Positions 35,724-47,467 of a stretch of DNA of 64,000 nt are shown here, in pieces (the first letter of the stretch is position 1; each line of letters opens with the position of its first letter). Source of the stretch: Macrostomum lignano (taxonomy: Eukaryota); contig NIVC01000957.1 in assembly GCA_002269645.1 (NCBI GenBank), positions 248,001 to 312,000 on the forward strand, given 5' to 3'. Position numbers and translations under genes: made by a program. The notes beneath the pieces were generated by a model. It saw nothing but the letters and a program-made list of their open reading frames with translations, did no database searches and was not told the origin of the DNA.

Positions 35724-38721
35724 ATAAGAGAGCGCTTGTCTGACTCGTTTTCTGTGCTTTTTGAGTGCGATTCGCGCACCCAGAAATTGTCATTCGTAAC
35801 CTGATTTTTGGTCAAATACGCCAATCTTTACATTGGCTTGGTAGAAGTTGGATCAGACTAAGGAACCGGTTCCTAAAGTGGCGGGAACCGTGGTGGGGTG
35901 GAAGGAGAACCTGGATGAGGTAGAAGTTAGAAGGGGTAGGGCTTGGGATGGAAGCAATAAGTATGAGAATTGAGTAGAAAGGTTCAGCAATAAAATGAGA
36001 AAAGTTTCGTGACGGCAACTTTGATGACTCACCTGAATGTGAATGCCGAGTTGGTCTCCCGACGAGATTCCTCCGCCTCGCTTCGCTGTCGAAGAGTCGT
36101 AAAACTTGCCGAGACGCCGAGCCGCATTTATGGGGCCGCTGCCGAGCCAGGAAGTTTCGAATCTTCGAGCTTTTCGAATTCCTGGTTGCTGCGGCTGGAA
36201 TTCGAGATAATTTTTATTTCGATACAGCCGCATAGAATTTTATTGAGAGATCCAACAACAGACCGAACATGTCATGTCAGTTTGAAGTTTAAAATTGAAT
36301 TGCAATTAGTTAATCGATATATTTAAAACTTAAATTAAAAAAAAACTTTTTGACTAATACAAAACCTAATCAGAAAATGAAAGTTTCAAAAACTTTAACT
36401 GTAAAAATGTGAAGCATTTCAAGTTTCGGAGTGCAGCTAATCAAAAATAATTTTTTTATTCAATTTTAATTCTTGCACCAAAATTCTGAAGTGAATTTTT
36501 TCCAATGGTGAAAATTCCAAGTCAGTTAAAATATACAAGAAATTTGGGCCTGCTATGCTCAATTGTTATCTGAGCAATGCCGCAATGCGAGGCAACGGGT
36601 TGGGACATGTCCGTCAGACCGTTGGGCAGCCATCTTGGCTGCAGGCCGATTGCTGCCAGCAGCCGCGCCTGTTGTGGGCTGGAGATTTTGCGGATCGGCT
36701 TCAGAGCAAATTGTGCTCACTTTATCTAGAATTAATCCTGCCAGAATTAACGCTGAGGTTCTATGAAAGGCTTCTATGAAGTACTTTGTCATGAAATAGC
36801 TTGTAATACGAAATATAGTGTCATACGAAATCGCATCTCATGAAAAGCATGTCATAAAATAGGTGTCTATATGAACCAGTATATCAGTCGTATTTGAAAG
36901 TCGGATTACTTTTGAGGTGAGCAAATACTCGTAAGTTCAATTAACTTCATTACTATTAATTAAAGATTTATCCTGGCGCACCTTCTAGCTGCGCATGCAC
37001 TGCCCGCTGGCCAACGACGGCGCTTCAGAGTTGAGTGATGATGCGAGCTCATGGAATCCAAGGCACTGAATAGCGCCTCGTAACACCGCTGCTTAAATGA
37101 TCCGTGCTACAGAAATCCGATATCTTGAGAGCATACTCGATGCACCGGCGATAGAACACTTATGCGTTCCTTACCAGCCAGGGACTACTCATTACTCCAT
37201 TCTCGGGACGGAAAACAACAAAACTTGGAGGCTTATTAATTGGATATGTTTTTATGAGCGTACCGCGGACACAAACTCACTGACTACAACTACAAGGTAG
37301 AACCTATCGAATCATTGCTTTCGAGGACTCAGTTATTAATAGACCGGCCTCCAAGTTATGTCGTTTTCCGTCCGGAGTATTAAGCAGTGCCTGTTACCGG
37401 CCTTCAGCTCATTTCTTAAGAAAGTTGGGTGCAGCCTCTTTCGACTACTTCAGTTGTTCATGTTCATCAGCCCTGTGGTGTCGGAAAATAGTTCAAAGTG
37501 GGGGGCATATAGGTTGGAGGGCTCTTACATTTTTGCAACCAAAGGGCAGCCCCAATCCCTGCGATAGTGCCGCCTGTCGCTGCGTGACAACCAGGCCAGC
37601 ACTCACTTGAGTTCGAAGTGCTCAGATTTTAAGTGATTTAAACACTGCGAAAAATTAGTGAGCTTAATCGATTCAATTCAATCAAGACGCAAGACAATAG
37701 GAAAGCAAGTTTATGATTTTAGTTCTCTAAATTCATTGCAGAAAAAGGATAACTGAAGTAATAATTCCCCACGACCACTGCAACGGATCGTCAATTTGCG
37801 TGCAACTTGCTGCAAGTCCAAGTCGCCGCTGCACTTCTGGTGCGTATGCGAGATCATTAATTGCTGTTCGCATTACCGCCGCGAGCCGTCCGGGTGTATA
37901 GTAGCTCTTCACATGCGGTTGTGCTGAAAATGACCTCGCAGCTGTAAGTTGCAACTGCAGTAACCTGATTGCCTCACAGTGTGCTCTGTCTGACAAATTT
38001 AAGCTACAGGCACAGTTGAGCGTTCAGATTTTTTTGCATTAATGTCAAGCGGATGATAAGCCATCAGCGACACAGGATTCGACATTGGTGGTCCTCCATT
38101 CGCAGCTCTAACAATAGTTTATCCAAGTTTCCTATTGTCAGAAAGCGTCTGATAAGCTATCTTATTAAAACGGCATTTTAATTCTCCCATGACGGCATCC
38201 ATTGCTGGGCAGTAATAAAATTCGTAGTAATCCTCCGGCTTTCACTGCCACATGCTAATTCTGATTTTTCCACAGCCTGGAAGACCTGCCCAGACGGATC
38301 GGGCATGTCAGTAGCAGGGGGAATGCGCACACTGCAGCAGAGAAAGTCACGGAATTATTACCGTAGGGCCTAATGAGAGAACATAGCCGCTGTTGTTTTA
38401 ATGCATTGCATAGACTCTGCCGCGGGAATCTAAAACAGTATTGAGCCGCGGGTTATAAAGTAAATTTTTTATATAGTTTGAAAATTTAACTTCCACCTAT
38501 TTTATTTGCCTCTTATCTGGTAGAAGTGGTAGAAGGGGTACCTCGAAAGGACACGCCTCGAGAGCCGGCACCCCTTCTCCTTTTTGAGTGCGATTTGCGC
38601 CCAGAAATTGTCATTTGCAACCAGAGTTTTGGTCCAAGTATGCGAATTTGGGTCTTGACATTTTTTAAACAAAGTCTTCTACGTGTAGTAAAGAAGAAGA
38701 ACGTAGACGCGTCTGCTCTTT

Positions 38722-39230
38722 GGCTCCGTCAGCCAGCTTGCCAGCCTGATTCAGCCGTACATCGACACGCTGACCCGGTATCTCGAGAGCAACAATCTCC
38801 GTCTCTCTCCTTCCCAATCGTCTGCAACCATCTTCTCCAGCTCTACTAATGAATTCTCTGCTCAAATGGCCCTTTCCGTCAATGGCACTAGCGTCAACTA
38901 CACGACTTCTCCAAAGATCCTCGGGGTCACGCTCGATCCCTTGATGAAGGGGCACCTTCACGCCAAAGCCACTGCTCAAAAGGTCTGGTCGGCCAACCAC
39001 GTCCTCAGAGCCCTTAGTGGCAGCAGCTGGGGGCGGGACAAGGAAACGCTGATCGTCACATACAAGCCTGTAGGCCTGTATTTCAACTACTGCGCCCCCC
39101 AGTCTAGTCTACTTTGCTCAGCAGCAGCAGTTGGAAACTCCTTCAACTGCTCAAAATGTGGCCCTCAGAGCCAACACTGGGTGCCATAGCTGCGCACCAA
39201 TTGGGTACCTGCACGAGAAAGCCTTTGACT
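38722..39230 (+). mobile_element. Non-LTR retrotransposon (LINE) reverse-transcriptase C-terminal fragment, degenerate
   Basis: LTRYLESNNLRLSPSQSSATIF...SPKILGVTLDP...HAK...NHVLRALSGSSWGRDKETLIVTYK matches the RT thumb region of LINE ORF2 (L.L...KS, KxLGVxxD, L.G..WG); frameshifted afterwards. Confidence 0.82.
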
Positions 39231-41121
39231 GCCTTCATTGCGAACTACTGACATGTCTCCGATTGACCTTTGGATTCGTCCCAATGACGTGATTGGTCTG
39301 CTTGGCATGCTGTTTCCAAGCCAGGGCAGCGTTCTGGACCGCCATTACTACACACACTTTTTCTGGATAGACAGAGTTGGGGTTGCTGGGCCGAAAACAG
39401 GAGCATCAATTTGGCTATGCGTCAATCAGTAGCCACGAGAGCAGTCATCTAATTCAGCCGCACCCAGCAGAGCTACAAATGCAAGTGTTGGGGTCTGTGG
39501 CTTCACCAATCACGCAGATTAAATAGCTCCGGTCATGATCGATTCTTCGAGAAGTTTTCTGCTGCTGTTGTGTCTGCTGACTGTCGCAATTCCACGTGCG
39601 GCCGTCCTCAATGTTGAGACATTGAGCTTCTGGCCTTCAATACGGCACTTTTGCCTCAGTCGGTCCGCCTACAGAGCCCAGCTCAACGGAATCTGACGCT
39701 GGCGTCAACACCACCACCGAAGACACCGAAGACATGTGGAACCAGCAGTCAACAGGGCAACCAGTCAGTCAGCAAATCTAGGACGCCGACGTCTACAGCC
39801 GCTCAAAGTGGTAAGACTTACGCGGATGGTGACGACGACACGGACGTCGACTGCATAGATCCAAGGGCAGTAGAAAGACTGCAGAGAAGTCTGGCCTAGT
39901 CAGTAGTGAACACAAATTCTCTCAGCGGCTTAAGCATTCTGTCGATGCTCAGTGCACGGCAGAACTGTGACGCTGTGCAAAGAATCCGTTGACTGGAAAG
40001 GCTGATTCTACCACTTCTGGAAGGCATCAACACATCCTTGCGTACGTCATCTGCAGCATCGAAGTTTACAACAACCACGGACTTTGAGCCAATTGACTCC
40101 TGGGAGCGTTACATTCGCTTCATTTCATCAAGGCAGATTCAAAGCAGCTTGGTGAAGGATTAGAATAAGTAATAGTCTGATTTTTACCATATGAGGGTAT
40201 GAGAGTATATGAGGAAGACAGGGATGAGCCATGAACATATAGCTAATGTGATAAATAGTCTTTACAATCGGTCTCTAATTCCTTCCCAGAGGCCGAACGC
40301 CCTCTACCAGGATGCTTTGTCTGGTTAATTGGAGCGGCCGAGGCGGTGTGCTGAAACACTGCAAGGCGCAGCTTCCAGACTGCACCCTGACTGGAAAACA
40401 GTTGAGATTCGAGAACGCCGTGAAATTATTTTTTGGTAAGTCAGCGAGTCACCCTACTAATTTCAGTAGGCACTACAGAGCGTAAACAAAAGATATGTTG
40501 AAGTACTTGAAATTCAGGCTAAAAAATAAAAAAATCTACAAACGCTGTAAAAGACTTATTTCCGGCGGACCCAGTCAAAAAGTCCATAGAGTCCATAGTC
40601 GCATGGTACAATCTGTTGAAGGTGTCGACGGCGTCGGGATAATGACAGAATGCTTGAGACTAGCTGAGAATGTCCAGCAGTTGAGGCTTGCCCACTGTCG
40701 AGGCTTGATCGGCGAAACTAGAGAAATTTGGGGTTCATAGTCACCTAGTGCCACCAGCTGAAGGTTCAGAAGCTCTACCTGGGTAAAGGCCAATAATCAA
40801 CAAAGTCAAAGCTGATGCAGACACATGTGGTCGACGTGCTGATGAAATTTGGAGACTTGGCAAGGCTGCACTGAGACGCAGTGCTGATTGGCGCACAGGG
40901 GTGTATTGAATACACTGGCGCTTATGGGAAAAATCCGACCTTCTGGCAGAATCGTCGAATATCTCGACGGTCCGGAAAGCTGGCGACGACTTTATTTTTG
41001 TTTGAGAAAATGCGCAACAAAAAGTTGGCCCGCTTTCTAAAATCTCGTGTGCCTGCGTTGCTCCGTTCTGGCGCAGCAAAGAAATTGTCAGGATAGTTCG
41101 ACGGGAGGCAAATGGCTTGGT

Positions 41122-43946
41122 ATTCCTGCTAATAATACTAGCTCGTATTTACTGAACAGCTTGCTTGAACTGATTATACTAATTCCTGCTAATAATACTA
41201 GCTCGTATTTACTGAACAGCTTGCTTGAACTGATTATACTAATTCCTGCTAATAATACTAGCTCGTATTTACTGAACAGCTTGCTTGAACTGATTATACT
41301 AATTCCTGCTAATAATACTAGCTCGTATTTACTGAACAGCTTGCTTGAACTAATTATACTAATTCCTGCTAATAATACTAGCTCGTATTTACTGAACAGC
41401 TTGCTTGAACTAATTATACTAATTCCTGCTAATAATACTAGCTCGTATTTACTGAACAGCTTGCTTGAACTAATTATACTAATTCCTGCTAATAATACTA
41501 GCTCGTATTTACTGAACAGCTTGCTTGAACTGATTATACTAATTCCTGCTAATAATACTAGCTCGTATTTACTGAACAGCTTGCTTGAACTGATTATACT
41601 AATTCCTGCTAATAATACTAGCTCGTATTTACTGAACAGCTTGCTTGAACTGATTATACTAATTCCTGCTAATAATACTAGCTCGTATTTACTGAACAGC
41701 TTGCTTGAACTGATTATACTAATTCCTGCTAATAATACTAGCTCGTATTTACTGAACAGCTTGCTTGAACTGATTATACTAATTCCTGCTAATAATACTA
41801 GCTCGTATTTACTGAACAGCTTGCTTGAACTAATTATACTAATTCCTGCTAATAATACTAGCTCGTATTTACTGAACAGCTTGCTTGAACTGATTATACT
41901 AATTCCTGCTAATAATACTAGCTCGTATTTACTGAACAGCTTGCTTGAACTAATTATACTAATTCCTGCTAATAATACTAGCTCGTATTTACTGAACAGC
42001 TTGCTTGAACTAATTATACTAATTCCTGCTAATAATACTAGCTCGTATTTACTGAACAGCTTGCTTGAACTAATTATACTAATTCCTGCTAATAATACTA
42101 GCTCGTATTTACTGAACAGCTTGCTTGAACTGATTATACTAATTCCTGCTAATAATACTAGCTCGTATTTACTGAACAGCTTGCTTGAACTGATTATACT
42201 AATTCCTGCTAATAATACTAGCTCGTATTTACTGAACAGCTTGCTTGAACTGATTATACTAATTCCTGCTAATAATACTAGCTCGTATTTACTGAACAGC
42301 TTGCTTGAACTAATTATACTAATTCCTGCTAATAATACTAGCTCGTATTTACTGAACAGCTTGCTTGAACTAATTATACTAATTCCTGCTAATAATACTA
42401 GCTCGTATTTACTGAACAGCTTGCTTGAACTAATTATACTAATTCCTGCTAATAATACTAGCTCGTATTTACTGAACAGCTTGCTTGAACTGATTATACT
42501 AATTCCTGCTAATAATACTAGCTCGTATTTACTGAACAGCTTGCTTGAACTGATTATACTAATTCCTGCTAATAATACTAGCTCGTATTTACTGAACAGC
42601 TTGCTTGAACTAATTATACTAATTCCTGCTAATAATACTAGCTCGTATTTACTGAACAGCTTGCTTGAACTAATTATACTAATTCCTGCTAATAATACTA
42701 GCTCGTATTTACTGAACAGCTTGCTTGAACTGATTATACTAATTCCTGCTAATAATACTAGCTCGTATTTACTGAACAGCTTGCTTGAACTAATTATACT
42801 AATTCCTGCTAATAATACTAGCTCGTATTTACTGAACAGCTTGCTTGAACTAATTATACTAATTCCTGCTAATAATACTAGCTCGTATTTACTGAACAGC
42901 TTGCTTGAACTAATTATACTAATTCCTGCTAATAATACTAGCTCGTATTTACTGAACAGCTTGCTTGAACTGATTATACTAATTCCTGCTAATAATACTA
43001 GCTCGTATTTACTGAACAGCTTGCTTGAACTGATTATACTAATTCCAGCTAATAATACTAGCTCGTATTTACTGAACAGCTTGCTTGAACTGATTATACT
43101 AATTCCTGCTAATAATACTAGCTCGTATTTACTGAACAGCTTGCTTGAACTGATTATACTAATTCCTGCTAATAATACTAGCTCGTATTTACTGAACAGC
43201 TTGCTTGAACTAATTATACTAATTCCTGCTAATAATACTAGCTCGTATTTACTGAACAGCTTGCTTGAACTAATTATACTAATTCCTGCTAATAATACTA
43301 GCTCGTATTTACTGAACAGCTTGCTTGAACTAATTATACTAATTCCTGCTAATAATACTAGCTCGTATTTACTGAACAGCTTGCTTGAACTAATTATACT
43401 AATTCCTGCTAATAATACTAGCTCGTATTTACTGAACAGCTTGCTTGAACTGATTATACTAATTCCTGCTAATAATACTAGCTCGTATTTACTGAACAGC
43501 TTGCTTGAACTAATTATACTAATTCCTGCTAATAATACTAGCTCGTATTTACTGAACAGCTTGCTTGAACTGATTATACTAATTCCTGCTAATAATACTA
43601 GCTCGTATTTACTGAACAGCTTGCTTGAACTGATTATACTAATTCCTGCTAATAATACTAGCTCGTATTTACTGAACAGCTTGCTTGAACTGATTATACT
43701 AATTCCTGCTAATAATACTAGCTCGTATTTACTGAACAGCTTGCTTGAACTGATTATACTAATTCCTGCTAATAATACTAGCTCGTATTTACTGAACAGC
43801 TTGCTTGAACTAATTATACTAATTCCTGCTAATAATACTAGCTCGTATTTACTGAACAGCTTGCTTGAACTAATTATACTAATTCCTGCTAATAATACTA
43901 GCTCGTATTTACTGAACAGCTGGCTTGAACTGATTATACTAATTTC
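41122..43946. repeat. Near-perfect 60-bp tandem array, about 47 copies, in the spacer of the inverted duplication
   Basis: Unit ATTCCTGCTAATAATACTAGCTCGTATTTACTGAACAGCTTGCTTGAACT(G/A)ATTATACTA; one G/A dimorphic site plus a single T>A at 43047. Confidence 0.99.
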
Positions 43947-45185
43947 TGACAATTTTAATTAGTCTAAATTTTTGTCAGCTCCTGCGTAATTTTAAGATTT
44001 GTTGCCTACAGCCGTTACGTGTTAAATATTAATGCCATTTCTAATATCCATTTTTTTAATTTAAATTTTCTTTATATCTTCTACGAGCTATCTAGCTCGA
44101 TCTGTACACGAAGAGCCGGCGACCGATAAGGTACGTATATTTGTACTATCGCAATAGTGCACTGAGTACGCTCTAGAGAACGCAGAGAAATGATTGAGGC
44201 TTCAGACAAATTCGGTTGAGAAAATCTGCGCTAAAGAATTTGACTTCTTAAAGCAACTTGTGGCTCTCAAGAGAGTGAGCTATGCACTTAAGTTGTAGTA
44301 TTGTCTGGCTGACAGATGTAAATCAGTGTACGTGCGTTACGTGATAGTATACAGCATGCACATTCACAACATCGCGCGTTTGATTGGCGCATTTTGTACA
44401 ATTTCATACAAGAACTCATAATTGCACCAATGGAAAAATTAAAATTAAGAAATGTAGCGAAAATGATAAAATTTTGTAGAAATTAATTTATTTTTTATTA
44501 GATGCACTCAGCGATTGGAAATTCTTTACATTATTCAGTTAAAAATCTTGAAACTTTTCTTTGCTGATAGAGTTTTGTAGAAGTTGAAAAAGTTTTTTGA
44601 ATTTCAGTTTACAAAAATACCGATTAACTAATTGCAATTCAATTTCAAACTTCAAACTGACATGACATGTTCGGTCTGTTGTTCGATCTCTCAATTAAAT
44701 TCCATGCCGCTGTATCGAATAAAAATTATCTCGAATTCCAGCTGCAGCAACCAGGAATTCGAAAAATTTGGAAACTCGGAAATTCCTGGCTCGGCAGCGG
44801 CCCCATAAATGCGGCTCGGCGTCTCGGCAAGTTTTGCGACTCTTCGACAGCGAAGCGAGGCGGAGGAATCTCGTCAGGAGACCAACTCGGCATTCAGGTC
44901 TGGTGAGTCATTAAAATTGCCGTCACTAAACTTTTTTTATTGCTGAACCCTCCAACTCTATTTTCATAATTATTGTTTCCATCCCAAACACTACCCCTTC
45001 TACCTTCTATCCCATCCCGGTTCCTGGCACTTTCGGAACCGGTTCCTGAGTCTGATCCAAATTTACCAAGCCAATGTGAAGATTGGCGTATTTGGCCAAA
45101 AAAAGTTACGAATGACAATTTCTGGGTGTGCGAATCGCACTCAATAAGCACAGAAACGGTTCAGACAGGCGCTCTCTTACGAGTA

Positions 45186-45795
45186 TCCAGTGGGGTGTCC
45201 TGGGAAGGGCGCCATCTTCAGTGCGATGTCCTGGGAAGGGTGCTATCTCCAGTGGGGTGTCTTGGGAAGGGCGCCATCTCCAGTGAGGTGTCCTGGGAAG
45301 GGCGCCATATTCAGTGGGGTGTCCTGGAAAGGGCGCCATCTCCAGTGGGGTGTCCTGGGAAGGGCGCCATCTTCAGTGGAATGTCCTCGGAAGGGCGCCA
45401 TCTGCATTTGGGTGTCCTGGGAAGGGCGCCATCTTCAGTGGGGTGTCCTGGGAAGGGCGCCATCTCCAGTGGGGTGTCCTGGGAAGGACGCCATCTCCAG
45501 TGGGGTGTCCTGGGAAGGGCGCCATCTCCAGTGGAGTGTCATGGGAAGGGCGCCATCTCCAGTGGGGTGTCCTGGGAAGGGCGCCATCTCCAGTGGAGTG
45601 TCATGGGAAGGGCGCCATCTCCAGTGGAGTGTCATGGGAAGGGCGCCATCTCCAGTGGGGTGTCCTGGGAAGGGCGCCTTCTCCAGTGGCGTGTCCTGGG
45701 AAGGGCGCCTCTCCAGTGGGATGTCCTGGTAAGGGCGCCATCTCCAGTGGAGTGTCCCGGGAAAAGCGCCCTATCCAGTGGGATGTCCTGGGAAG
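45186..45795. repeat. 31-bp minisatellite (reverse complement of the 35435 array), about 19-20 copies
   Basis: Unit CTCCAGTGGGGTGTCCTGGGAAGGGCGCCAT; it explains the overlapping ORFs in 44973..45929. Confidence 0.94.
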
Positions 45796-46219
45796 GATTA
45801 AATTCGAGTGAAAAAGTATATTCTCCACTCGTAGAACAGAATCAAAAAGTTCTAAGATTGCGTGGCCATCGGGGAGGCAAAGGGTGGCAAAGCATGTGCG
45901 CCCCCTTGTCAGCTGGCTTCGCACACTGAAAATAGTGGGTAGTGAATTAAGTCCAGCTGAAAAAAACTTTGCGGATATTCGCTGCAGTGTCTGAAATTTA
46001 TACCAAATTTGTTATTCAACAGCCGGTAGCAAAGATGAAGAGGTCAGCTGCAGTTCCAACGCGTGAACATGCAGCGTAAAGTTGGACATGTGAGAAGCAG
46101 GGTGACTTTATGTTGATTCTGGCCGGCGACTTTTTCTTTAGCGACTGTCCTTGGGCTTGATATGTGGTCTGAGCAAAGCAACCCTACAGATTGGATGGCA
46201 CTAACGACAAAAGATAGAA

Positions 46220-46795
46220 AGAAAGATTGGCGGGTAAAGAAGGGGAGAGAGGGAAGAGGCGAAAAAAAGGAAAAGAAATGACGAGACAGAGGAAAGAGAA
46301 AAGGGAAGTGAGAGGTGAGAAAAGGTGGGGAGAGAAGAGGTAGAAAGATAAGTAAGTAATGATATAGAGAGAGAAGAGAGAGGAAAGAAAAGAGAGAAGA
46401 GAAAAAAGAGGAGAGAAGATGGGAGAGAGAAGAGATAGATCAGTGGGAGATAAAGGGGAAGAAGGGAGAGAGGTGAGAAAGGAGAGGATAGAAGAGGAGA
46501 GAAAGCAGAGAGGATAGAGGAGTAAGAGGTGAGATGGGGAGAGAAGCGAGAGAAGAGAGAAGAGAGAGGAGAGAATAGTTGATTGAGAAGGGGGAAAAGA
46601 GATGAGAGAGGAGGGGAGAGAGGAGGGGAGAGAGGAGAGAGGAAATAAAAGTGAGAGGAGAGATTGGGAGAGAGGGGAGAGAAGAAAGGAAAGAGACGAT
46701 TGATAGGATTAGAGTAAGTAGAAATTGGAGAGGGGAGAGAATAATAGAGAAAGGGGGAGGGAGAAGCGTGGAGAGAGGAGAGATGAGAGAGAGAG
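46220..46795. repeat. Polypurine GA-rich low-complexity tract
   Basis: Almost exclusively G/A; a shorter CT-rich counterpart lies at about 35305-35430. Confidence 0.85.
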
Positions 46796-47467
46796 GGCTG
46801 AAAAGAGACACCAACCGTGAGCAGGCTGGATTGCTATTGTGAAGTTTCACCGGACCCGAGGACCGCATAGAGAGGCTTCGTGTGCCGTGCGTGGCGAGCG
46901 GGCCGGAGTTTCCCGACCCCTGATCCAGAGTAAAAAACCCTATTGAATCAGTCAATAGATTTGTAAAATATTTTGTTTTCTGACGTGGCAGTTGCATAAA
47001 TTTATCAAATTTAAATAATTTCTTCGAACGACGTCGGTTTTATGTTGACGCGTGCAAATTCAGTTGGTAGCGTGGCTCGCCTAAGGACTGACTGGCACAC
47101 GGCCCTCTGCACAATTTCTCCCATCCGTCTCCTCCCAACCCCCTCCTCTGAATCACTCTCCTCCCAACCCCCTCCTCCCCATCCCTCTCCTCTCCATCTC
47201 TCTCATCTCCATCCCTCTCCTCCCCATCTCTCTCATCTCCATCACTCTCCTCCCCATCCCTCTCCTTCTGATCCCTCTCCTTCCCTCTATCTTTCTAACC
47301 ACCTAACGTAACCAACTCACCTGTTAAAATAATTTTAGCACTTAAAAACTTTAGTACATTGGAAAATACAAACTTTCATATTTTCTATCAACCCCCCCCC
47401 CAGAACCGACTCGAACTGATTCAAGAAGCGTCAAAACCATTCCAGTTTTACTACCGTCTGAAGCAAA

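Larger units (their letters stand above)
31078..36515 (-). repeat. Left arm of a large inverted segmental duplication (partner 44420-51996)
   Basis: The gene, 5' flank, CT/GA-rich tract, 31-bp minisatellite and the 35730-36515 block are all collinear with the reverse complement of 44420-51996. Confidence 0.92.

Noticed and set aside
39535-40030. Insulin-like peptide reading of the small secreted ORF
   Set aside because: The Cys spacing does not fit a B chain, the second Cys position is a stop, and no CC-containing A chain was found.
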